NCBI GenBank assembly: GCA_934647235.1
Contig: CAKUFG010000036.1
Span: 1-18,960 of the forward strand
Direction: 5' to 3'
Source: an uncultured Clostridia bacterium
GTDB taxonomy: Bacteria > Bacillota > Clostridia > Christensenellales > Aristaeellaceae
Length of the DNA: 18,960 bases
A program made the translations under genes and the position numbers. The notes below the pieces were generated by a model, which had not been told where the DNA came from, ran no database searches, and saw only the letters and a program-made list of their open reading frames with translations. Shown piece by piece: positions 1-5,957 of the stretch (position 1 is the first letter of the stretch; every line of letters starts with the position of its first letter).

Positions 1-384
1 GCGTAGGGGCGTGAATTGAAATTTGCAGCAGCAATCGGCCTGCTGGGCGGACATGGTCGCCCCTCGCGTAGGGGCGTGAATTGAAATGCGTTCGCGTCCG
101 TGTCCACGGTTTCGTCGATTGTCGCCCCTCGCGTAGGGGCGTGAATTGAAATGATGCGGCACTCTTTGTTCAGCGCGTCGCGCCGTCGCCCCTCGCGTAG
201 GGGCGTGAATTGAAATTATGAAACGAGCGACACGCTGGGCGGCAGCTACAGTCGCCCCTCGCGTAGGGGCGTGAATTGAAATTACCGTGCGCGGGCCGAC
301 GCCACCATGCGGGGCAGTCGCCCCTCGCGTAGGGGCGTGAATTGAAATTGCGAAATGGGTGATACACTGGGCTGCAGCTGCGCC

Positions 385-415
385 GTCGGCCTCTCACATA
401 GGCGGGAATTGAAGT
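385..415 (+). repeat. Degenerate CRISPR repeat (about 70% identity, 1-nt shorter)
   Basis: GTCGGCCTCTCACATAGGCGGGAATTGAAGT keeps the 5' GTCG, TAGG and the 3' GAATTGAA of the consensus. It sits 68 bp after the previous repeat start. Confidence 0.85.
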
Positions 416-449
416 ATGGTGGGCGCATTCGGGCCGCATGGTTTCCTGT

Positions 450-481
450 GTCGCCCCTCAAGACGCGCGCAGGGATATTTA
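450..481 (+). repeat. Terminal CRISPR repeat remnant (only the first 10 nt conserved)
   Basis: GTCGCCCCTC is identical to repeat positions 1-10 and the rest has diverged. It is in register, 65 bp after the previous unit. Confidence 0.6.
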
Positions 482-531
482 TCCTGGCACGCGCGAGTGT
501 CAGGGGGATGTGGAGCCCTGCGCTTACGGCG

Positions 532-747
532 ATGTACAGGGCTCATACGAGTATTGAGTTCAACATCAGCCTGTCGCCGACGGGGGAGCTTGTCACGGCC
601 CGGCGGCTGAACGAAAAGGCGCAGGCCTTCGCGGCGCCTTCAACGCCGGAGGCGGAAAGCCGCTCCAGCGATATCACGCCCTTTCCGATTGCTGACAGCC
701 TGAAGTATCTGATGCAAAGGGAACAGAACGGCAATCTGGATAGCTAA
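532..747 (+). CDS. Hypothetical small protein or gene remnant (about 71 aa; alternative ATG at 508)
   Basis: This is the 3' part of track ORF 355-747. Third-codon positions are strongly G/C-biased (ctg, ccg, gag, aag, agc), as in the surrounding real genes. No Shine-Dalgarno lies upstream of either ATG and I recognise no family. Confidence 0.3.
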   Translation: MYRAHTSIEFNISLSPTGELVTARRLNEKAQAFAAPSTPEAESRSSDITPFPIADSLKYLMQREQNGNLDS

Positions 748-1004
748 GAGACGCTTTACGGAGAATGGAGACGCTGCGACCATCAGCGTTGAAGCGTCCA
801 CAAAAAAAGCATCGCGCGCTGCGCTGGCTGCCGGAGCATCAAAGTCATTGCAGTTCTTCTTCAATATCTTTTGCTTTCCTTGCAGGTGCACAGCTTAACC
901 ATCACCCCCGCTTTGCATCCCCTCCTGAGCGGCGCTCTTTTTGCACCCGTGTACTAATTATTATCGGCTATGCGATTTTTACATACCGCTGATTTTGAAA
1001 ATAC

Positions 1005-1033
1005 TTGACATGCGAATGACGGCAACATATAAT
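1005..1033 (+). promoter_or_regulatory. Perfect consensus sigma-70/SigA promoter (TTGACA-17 nt-TATAAT)
   Basis: TTGACA at 1005-1010, a 17-nt spacer at 1011-1027, and TATAAT at 1028-1033. An AT-rich stretch (gattttgaaaatac) lies immediately upstream. Confidence 0.7.
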
Positions 1034-1060
1034 ATACAACGCTCGTTGCTTATTGGACGC

Positions 1061-1092
1061 GCAAAATGCAGCCGGTTCTGCAGCTTTTTTGC
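1061..1092 (+). terminator. Weak hairpin plus U-tract (possible attenuator or short-RNA terminator)
   Basis: GCAAAA-TGCAG-ccggtt-CTGCA-gc-TTTTTT-GC: a 5-bp core stem at 1067-1071/1078-1082, flanking A4/T4 pairing, and a T6 run at 1085-1090. It lies about 25-50 nt downstream of the consensus promoter. Confidence 0.35.
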
Positions 1093-1112
1093 ATGTTACC
1101 TTGCGTAAGGGC

Positions 1113-1143
1113 TTGCATGTGACGCTGCGTCATGATGTAGGAT
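1113..1143 (+). promoter_or_regulatory. MerR-type promoter with 19-bp spacer and dyad operator
   Basis: TTGCAT at 1113-1118, a 19-nt spacer at 1119-1137, and TAGGAT at 1138-1143. The spacer holds the dyad TGACGC-T-GCGTCA at 1120-1132. Over-long 19-bp spacers with a central palindrome are the hallmark of MerR-family-controlled promoters. It lies just upstream of the RBS of the merR-like gene. Confidence 0.55.
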
Positions 1144-1165
1144 GGACGCGAAGGAGGGGAAAAGC

Positions 1166-1903
1166 GTGGCCAAATACACAACGGGTGAAGCGGCAAAGCT
1201 CTGCGGCGTTACCGTCCGCACGGTCCAGTATTACGATGCGCGGGATATCCTCAAGCCCAGCGAATTGTCTGAGGGCGGACGGCGGCTTTATTCCGAGGCG
1301 GATGTCCGCCGCCTGCGGATCATCTGCTTTCTGCGCGAGGCCGGGCTGTCCATCGGCAGCATCGGCGAATTGCTTGGCGAAAGCGATCCGGGCAGCGTGA
1401 TCACCACCCTGCTGGATGAGCAGGAGCGCGCCCTGCGCGATGAAATGGCGGAGCGGCAGGCGCAGCTGGATCGGGTGGAGGGCATCCGGCGCGAGCTGAA
1501 GCGCGTGGAAAATTTCTCCGTTGAATCGCTTGGCGATATCGCTTATACAATGGAAAACAGAAAGCAAAGCCGGCAGATGCATATGATCATGCTGCTGGCC
1601 GGCATCCCCATGGCGGCAATGGAGTGGGGCGCGGTGATCCTGTGGATTGTCACGGGCGTATGGTGGCCGTTTGCGCTGTATGCGCTGATGATCGTGCCCT
1701 TCGGCATATGGATCATGCGGTTTTATCGCGGGCGCGTGGCGTATATCTGCCCTGAATGCCACGAGGCGTTCAAGCCCTCGATGAAGCAGCTTTTCTGGTC
1801 GCGGCACACCCCGACCATGCGCAGGCTGACCTGCCCGCACTGCGGATATCAGGGCTTCTGCGTGGAGATTTACAAAAAGGAGAGGACAAATAACAATGCT
1901 TAA
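1166..1903 (+). CDS. MerR-family transcriptional regulator fused to a 2-TM hairpin and a C-terminal CxxC...CxxC zinc ribbon
   Basis: The N-terminus YTTGEAAKLCGVTVRTVQYYDARDILKPSE..GGRRLYSEADVRRLRIICFLREAGLSIGSI is a MerR winged HTH. It is followed by a coiled-coil-like segment (LLDEQERALRDEMAERQAQLDRVEGIRRELKRVE). Two hydrophobic helices follow (MIMLLAGIPMAAMEWGAVILWIV and VWWPFALYALMIVPFGIWIM), then CPEC-x24-CPHC. The preferred start is GTG 1166, about 8 nt after AAGGAGGG (1151-1158). The track ATG at 1142 lies inside the predicted -10 and has no RBS. Confidence 0.85.
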   Translation: MAKYTTGEAAKLCGVTVRTVQYYDARDILKPSELSEGGRRLYSEADVRRLRIICFLREAGLSIGSIGELLGESDPGSVITTLLDEQERALRDEMAERQAQLDRVEGIRRELKRVENFSVESLGDIAYTMENRKQSRQMHMIMLLAGIPMAAMEWGAVILWIVTGVWWPFALYALMIVPFGIWIMRFYRGRVAYICPECHEAFKPSMKQLFWSRHTPTMRRLTCPHCGYQGFCVEIYKKERTNNNA

Positions 1904-2609
1904 AATTGAACATCTGACCAAGACCTATGGCGATAAAAAAGCGGTGGACGACCTGAGCCTGCACATCCTGCCGGGCGAAATTTACGGCTTTATTGGACAT
2001 AACGGTGCTGGCAAAACCACCACGCTCAAGTCCGTGGCGGGCATTCTGCAGTTTGACGCGGGCGAAATCCTGATCGACGGCAAATCCGTGCGCAATCAGC
2101 CCCTGGCCTGCAAAAAGGAGATTGCCTATATCCCCGATAATCCCGATCTGTACGATTACATGACGGGCATCAAGTATCTGAACTTCATCGCCGATATCTT
2201 CGGCATCAGCGCGGAGGACCGGCAGGCGCGCATTCATGATTATGCGGAGCGGTTTGAGCTGACGGCCGATCTGGCGCAGCCCATCGCCTCCTATTCGCAC
2301 GGCATGAAGCAGAAGCTGGCCATCATCGCTGCTTGGATTCATCAGCCTAAGCTGATCATCATGGACGAACCCTTTGTGGGCCTGGACCCCAAGGCTGCGC
2401 ATTTGCTCAAGGGCATGATGCGCGAGGTGTGCGATGAGGGCGGCGCGATCTTCTTCTCCACCCACGTACTGGAAGTGGCCGAAAAGCTGTGCGACAAGGT
2501 GGCCATCATCAAGGGCGGGCGGCTGATTCGTTCCGGCACGATGGAAGAGGTCAAGGGCGACGACTCGCTGGAGCAGGTGTTCCTCGAACTGGAGGGAGAA
2601 GCATGCTGA
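1896..2609 (+). CDS. ABC transporter ATP-binding protein
   Basis: Walker A GHNGAGKTT, signature YSHGMKQKL, Walker B LIIMDEPFVGLD and H-loop FFSTH. RBS AAGGAGAGGA lies upstream. The ATG overlaps the merR-like stop by 8 nt. Confidence 0.95.
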   Translation: MLKIEHLTKTYGDKKAVDDLSLHILPGEIYGFIGHNGAGKTTTLKSVAGILQFDAGEILIDGKSVRNQPLACKKEIAYIPDNPDLYDYMTGIKYLNFIADIFGISAEDRQARIHDYAERFELTADLAQPIASYSHGMKQKLAIIAAWIHQPKLIIMDEPFVGLDPKAAHLLKGMMREVCDEGGAIFFSTHVLEVAEKLCDKVAIIKGGRLIRSGTMEEVKGDDSLEQVFLELEGEAC

Positions 2610-4201
2610 AAATACTGCTGAAGAAACAGATGGCGGAGATTTTCCGCAGCTATTTCTATGATGCGAAAAAGAACAAGGCCCGCTCCAAGGCGGCTGTGGC
2701 CGCGTACATCGTCCTGTTTGTGGTGATTATGCTGGGCGTGCTGGGCGGCATGTTTACCATGCTGGCGCTGTCCATGAGCGCGCCGATGGCCGCCGCCAGG
2801 ATGGACTGGCTGTATTTTGCGCTGATGGGGCTGCTGGCCATTCTGCTGGGCTCGTTCGGCAGCGTGTTCAATACCTATTCCGGCCTGTACCTGGCCAAGG
2901 ATAACGATCTGCTTTTGTCCATGCCCATCCCGGTCAATGCGATCATGGGTGCGCGGCTGCTCAGCGTTTACCTGCTGGGGCTGATGTACTCGGGCGTGGT
3001 GATCCTGCCCGCCGTGATTGTGTATTGGTTTACGGTTTCGGCCAGCCTGGACGTGATTGCCGGCTCGATCCTGCTGCTTTTGCTGATCAGCATCTTTGTG
3101 CTTACGCTGTCCTGCGCGCTGGGCTGGGTGGTGGCTAAGATCAGCCTGAAGCTGAAAAACAAGAGCTTTATCACAGTCGTGATTTCGCTTGTCTTCTTTG
3201 GTGTTTACTATTTCTTCTGTTTCAGGGCGCAGACGATCATCAGCGATTTCGTCGCCAACGCCGTCACCTACGGCGAAAAAATCAAGGGCGCGGCGTATCC
3301 GATTTATCTGTTCGGCTGCGTAGCGCTGGGCGACGGCAAGGCCATGGCCCTCGTTGCGGCGGTTGTGCTGGCGCTGTTTGGGCTGATGTGGCTGCTGCTG
3401 GGCCGCAGCTTCCTCAGAATCGCTACCTCCTCCGGCAAGACGGAGCACCGCGCGTACCATGAAACCAAGGTTCAGCGCAGAAGCGTCGGCGCAGCGCTGC
3501 TGGGCAAGGAGTTTGCCCGTTTCCTGTCCAGCCCCAACTATATGCTCAACTGCGGCCTGGGCGTTCTGCTGCTGCCCATCAGCGGCATTGTGCTGCTGAT
3601 CAAGGGGCGCGACTTGATGCCCATGCTGGCGATGATCTTTGACAATCAGCCGGGCAGTGCGGCGGTGCTGCTGTGCACGGCGGTGTGTGTGGTAGCTTCC
3701 ATGAACGATATGGCGGCTCCCTCCATCTCTCTGGAGGGCAAAAATCTGTGGCTGCTCCAGTCGCTGCCTGTGAAGCCCTGGCAGGCGCTGCGCGCAAAGC
3801 TGAGCATGCAGCTGATCCTGTCCAGCATCCCGGCGCTGTTTGCCAGCGTGTGCGCGGCAATTGCCGGCGGCTTCAGCGCGGCTGAAACGCTGTTTACGCT
3901 GCTGGTGCCGCAGGCTGTCATCCTGATGATGGCGCTGCTGAACCTGACTGTGGGCCTGAAAATGCCCAACCTTGCCTGGACCAGCGAGATCACGCCCATC
4001 AAGCAGAGCGCCAGCGTAATGATCGCTCTCTTTGGCGGCATGATCTACGGCATCCTGCCTATCGCCGGGTTTTTGATGTTTGGCCATCGCATGGGCGCGA
4101 ACGCTTACATGGCCTGCTTTATCGTGCTTACGCTGGCGATTTCCGCCGGCCTGTACGCTTGGCTGAAGAAAAGGGGCGGCGCTGCTTTTGCCGCGCTGTA
4201 A
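2603..4201 (+). CDS. Large polytopic ABC exporter permease (about 532 aa)
   Basis: MLKILLKKQMAEIFRSYFYDAKKNK... is followed by many hydrophobic helices. ATG 2603 is preceded by GGAGGGAG (2591-2598) and overlaps the ATPase stop by 7 nt. The track start at 2489 is an artefactual upstream extension. Confidence 0.85.
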   Translation: MLKILLKKQMAEIFRSYFYDAKKNKARSKAAVAAYIVLFVVIMLGVLGGMFTMLALSMSAPMAAARMDWLYFALMGLLAILLGSFGSVFNTYSGLYLAKDNDLLLSMPIPVNAIMGARLLSVYLLGLMYSGVVILPAVIVYWFTVSASLDVIAGSILLLLLISIFVLTLSCALGWVVAKISLKLKNKSFITVVISLVFFGVYYFFCFRAQTIISDFVANAVTYGEKIKGAAYPIYLFGCVALGDGKAMALVAAVVLALFGLMWLLLGRSFLRIATSSGKTEHRAYHETKVQRRSVGAALLGKEFARFLSSPNYMLNCGLGVLLLPISGIVLLIKGRDLMPMLAMIFDNQPGSAAVLLCTAVCVVASMNDMAAPSISLEGKNLWLLQSLPVKPWQALRAKLSMQLILSSIPALFASVCAAIAGGFSAAETLFTLLVPQAVILMMALLNLTVGLKMPNLAWTSEITPIKQSASVMIALFGGMIYGILPIAGFLMFGHRMGANAYMACFIVLTLAISAGLYAWLKKRGGAAFAAL

Positions 4202-4207
4202 GAGAAA

Positions 4208-4612
4208 ATGAAGAAGAAGAGCTTGATTATTGCAATCGCCATCCTGGCGCTGCTTGCGTGCGCGGGCGCTGCTGCGCTGTTTCTGCGCGGCAACGCGCCC
4301 GGGTTCACTGGCAGCCGCGTCAAGAATCCCGACGCCTACGAGCTGGCTATTACCCGCATGAACGGCACAGATTCGCACACGCTGACGCTGCGGCAGGGCA
4401 ATCGCCTGCAGGTGCATTTTGAAACGACGGCGGGCGAAATGACGCTGGAAATCCGCGATCCTGCCGGCAGCGCCGTCTATTCGGGCGATGGCAAGGCGTG
4501 CACGGATTTCACGCTGGATATTGCGCAGGATGGCGACTATACCATCGCCGTAACGGCGAAGCAGGGCGGCGGCAGCCTGAAGGCCGCAGTGCTGCCCGGC
4601 GAAGAAAAGTAA
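4208..4612 (+). CDS. Small putative lipoprotein, unknown function
   Basis: Signal peptide MKKKSLIIAIAILALLAC has a lipobox-like LLAC. The mature part of about 115 aa is beta-rich. It starts 6 nt after the permease stop. Confidence 0.75.
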   Translation: MKKKSLIIAIAILALLACAGAAALFLRGNAPGFTGSRVKNPDAYELAITRMNGTDSHTLTLRQGNRLQVHFETTAGEMTLEIRDPAGSAVYSGDGKACTDFTLDIAQDGDYTIAVTAKQGGGSLKAAVLPGEEK

Positions 4613-4613
4613 A

Positions 4614-5294
4614 ATGAAACAGGAAAGCTTGAAAATTGGACAAACGCCCGCCATCATTTATGGCGAGGCAAGCGCGCATGCCTGGCTGTTTGTGCACGGC
4701 ATGGGCGGCAACAAGACGGAAGCTGAGCCCTTCGCTGCGCTGACGGACGCGCAGGTGCTGGCCATTGATCTGCCCGGCCATGGTGAACGCAAGGATATGG
4801 CGGGCTTCAATCCCTGGACAGCCGCGCCCGAGCTGCGCACGGTGATGGGCTATATGCGCGCCCGCTGGAGCGCAGTCTCCCTGCGGGCAAACAGCATCGG
4901 CGCGTATTTTTCCATGCTTGCCCTGTCGGATCAGGGGCTTCAGAAGGCGCTGTTCGTATCGCCGATCGTGAATATGGAGCGGCTGATTCTGGACATGATG
5001 GGTTGGGCCGGGGTGACGGAGGCACAGCTGCGCGAAGCGGGTGAGATTGCCACGGACTTTGGCCAAACGCTGTCCTGGCAGTATCTGTCCTGGGTGCGCG
5101 AGCATCCGCTCAATTGGCATACGCCCACGGCCATTCTCTATGCCGGGCATGACAACCTGACCTCCCGTGGTACCATCACGGCTTTTGCAAACGTCCATCA
5201 GGCCAGTCTGAGCGTCTATGAGCCGGGAGAACACTGGTTCCATACCCCGGATCAGCTGGATGCGATGACACGATGGGAGAAAAGTGAAATATAA
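4614..5294 (+). CDS. Alpha/beta-fold hydrolase
   Basis: LFVHGMGGNK (oxyanion region), DLPGHGER, the nucleophile-elbow-like ANSIGAYF, and a C-terminal GEHWFH. It starts 1 nt after the lipoprotein stop. Confidence 0.8.
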   Translation: MKQESLKIGQTPAIIYGEASAHAWLFVHGMGGNKTEAEPFAALTDAQVLAIDLPGHGERKDMAGFNPWTAAPELRTVMGYMRARWSAVSLRANSIGAYFSMLALSDQGLQKALFVSPIVNMERLILDMMGWAGVTEAQLREAGEIATDFGQTLSWQYLSWVREHPLNWHTPTAILYAGHDNLTSRGTITAFANVHQASLSVYEPGEHWFHTPDQLDAMTRWEKSEI

Positions 5295-5311
5295 ATACAG
5301 ATATCGCGATC

Positions 5312-5338
5312 GCCCGGATTTTTCCGGGCTTTTCTTTT
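5312..5338 (+). terminator. Rho-independent terminator of the merR-ABC operon
   Basis: GCCCGGA-tttt-TCCGGGC (5312-5329) is followed by TTTTCTTTT (5330-5338). Confidence 0.8.
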
Positions 5339-5348
5339 GCCTGCGTTA

Positions 5349-5357
5349 TGATATAAT
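5349..5357 (+). promoter_or_regulatory. Extended -10 promoter element (TGaTATAAT) upstream of the ECF sigma gene
   Basis: TG at 5349-5350 and TATAAT at 5352-5357, about 85 nt upstream of the sigma start. No good -35. An AGAAAC (5378-5383) ... CGTC (5406-5409) pair is spaced 22 nt apart, too far for a typical ECF promoter. Confidence 0.35.
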
Positions 5358-5439
5358 AGACTAAAATAATTTTTTACAGAAACGCAAAATTCTTCCTGTC
5401 GGCTCCGTCAGTATAGGTGAAAGGAGGGAGAAGCGGCGA

Positions 5440-5952
5440 ATGATTGTTGTCAAGCGCGCTGATAACATCGAAAGCCCGGATGCTTTGATTGCCCGTCTGG
5501 TGCGGGAATATCAGGTTCCCTTGCGCCGGATGTGCTGTATATGGCTCAAGGATGCGGCCCTGGCCGAGGACGCGGTGCAGGAGACCTTTGTGAAAGCCTG
5601 GCGAGCCGCGCTCTCCTTCCGTGGGGAGTGCAGCGAGAAAACCTGGCTGATGCGCATTGCGGTGCATGTGTGCTGGGATATGCGGCGCAGCTGGTGGTTC
5701 CGCCATGTGGATCGCAGCGTGCGCCTGGAGCATTTGCCAGAGCCCGCCGTGCCCTTTGAGGAGCGGGACGATACCCTCGTCCGCGCCGTCTGCGCCCTGC
5801 CTGCCCATCAGCGGGAGGCCGTGCTGCTGTATTATTATCAGGATATGACATTGACGGAGATTGCACAAGTATTGGAAGTCGCGCCGTCCACCGTGAAACG
5901 GCGGCTGGACAGCGCGCATAAAACGCTGCAGCGTAAGCTGGAAGGAGGCTGA
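5440..5952 (+). CDS. ECF-type RNA polymerase sigma factor (sigma-70 family, regions 2 and 4)
   Basis: Region 2 is DAVQETFVKAWRA...WLMRIAVHVCWD. Region 4 HTH is LPAHQREAVLLYYYQDMTLTEIAQVLEVAPSTVKRRLDSAHKTL. RBS AAGGAGGGAG lies upstream. Confidence 0.9.
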   Translation: MIVVKRADNIESPDALIARLVREYQVPLRRMCCIWLKDAALAEDAVQETFVKAWRAALSFRGECSEKTWLMRIAVHVCWDMRRSWWFRHVDRSVRLEHLPEPAVPFEERDDTLVRAVCALPAHQREAVLLYYYQDMTLTEIAQVLEVAPSTVKRRLDSAHKTLQRKLEGG

Positions 5953-5957
5953 ATCCT

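Larger units (their letters stand above)
1..481 (+). CRISPR. CRISPR array, trailer end (truncated by window start); 32-bp repeat GTCGCCCCTCGCGTAGGGGCGTGAATTGAAAT, subtype I-C-like
   Basis: Partial repeat at 1-22. Identical repeats at 56-87, 121-152, 185-216, 251-282 and 317-348. Unique spacers of 32-36 bp at 23-55, 88-120, 153-184, 217-250, 283-316 and 349-384. Two decayed units lie in register at 385-415 and 450-481 (period 64-68 bp). The repeat has an internal hairpin GCCCCT/AGGGGC and ends in ATTGAAAT, as known for I-C repeats. This sets transcription on the + strand, with the leader off-window to the left. Confidence 0.95.

Noticed and set aside
170-439. 89-aa minus-strand ORF and the 5' part of the plus ORF 355-747, both inside the CRISPR array
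   Set aside because: The peptide contains the periodic motif NFNSRPYARGD, which is simply the translated CRISPR repeat. This is an artefact of the array.
385-481. Possibility that the two degenerate repeats plus intervening spacer form a CreA/CreR-like regulatory mini-array
   Set aside because: The units are contiguous with the main array and in exact register with it, as expected for ordinary trailer decay. I found no convincing PAM-flanked partial match of the 416-449 segment to nearby promoters by eye. The only match seen is an 8-nt CTGCAGCT coincidence between spacer 349-384 and 1078-1085, which is within chance. A computational seed-match search would be needed to revive the idea.
1130-1921. 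263-aa minus-strand ORF
   Set aside because: It is antisense to the MerR-like gene, with no motifs. The MerR frame has an unmistakable HTH.
2342-4657. 771-aa minus-strand ORF, the longest in the track
   Set aside because: It runs antisense to the ABC ATPase, permease and lipoprotein genes, which have clear motifs and RBSs. Its translation is low-complexity and rich in Arg/Gln/His/Ala, with no motif or RBS. This is a typical stop-codon-poor shadow frame in GC-rich DNA.
5378-5409. ECF-type autoregulated promoter AGAAAC ... CGTC upstream of the sigma gene
   Set aside because: The spacing between the two elements is 22 nt, against the usual 16-17 nt. It is not supportable without TSS data.
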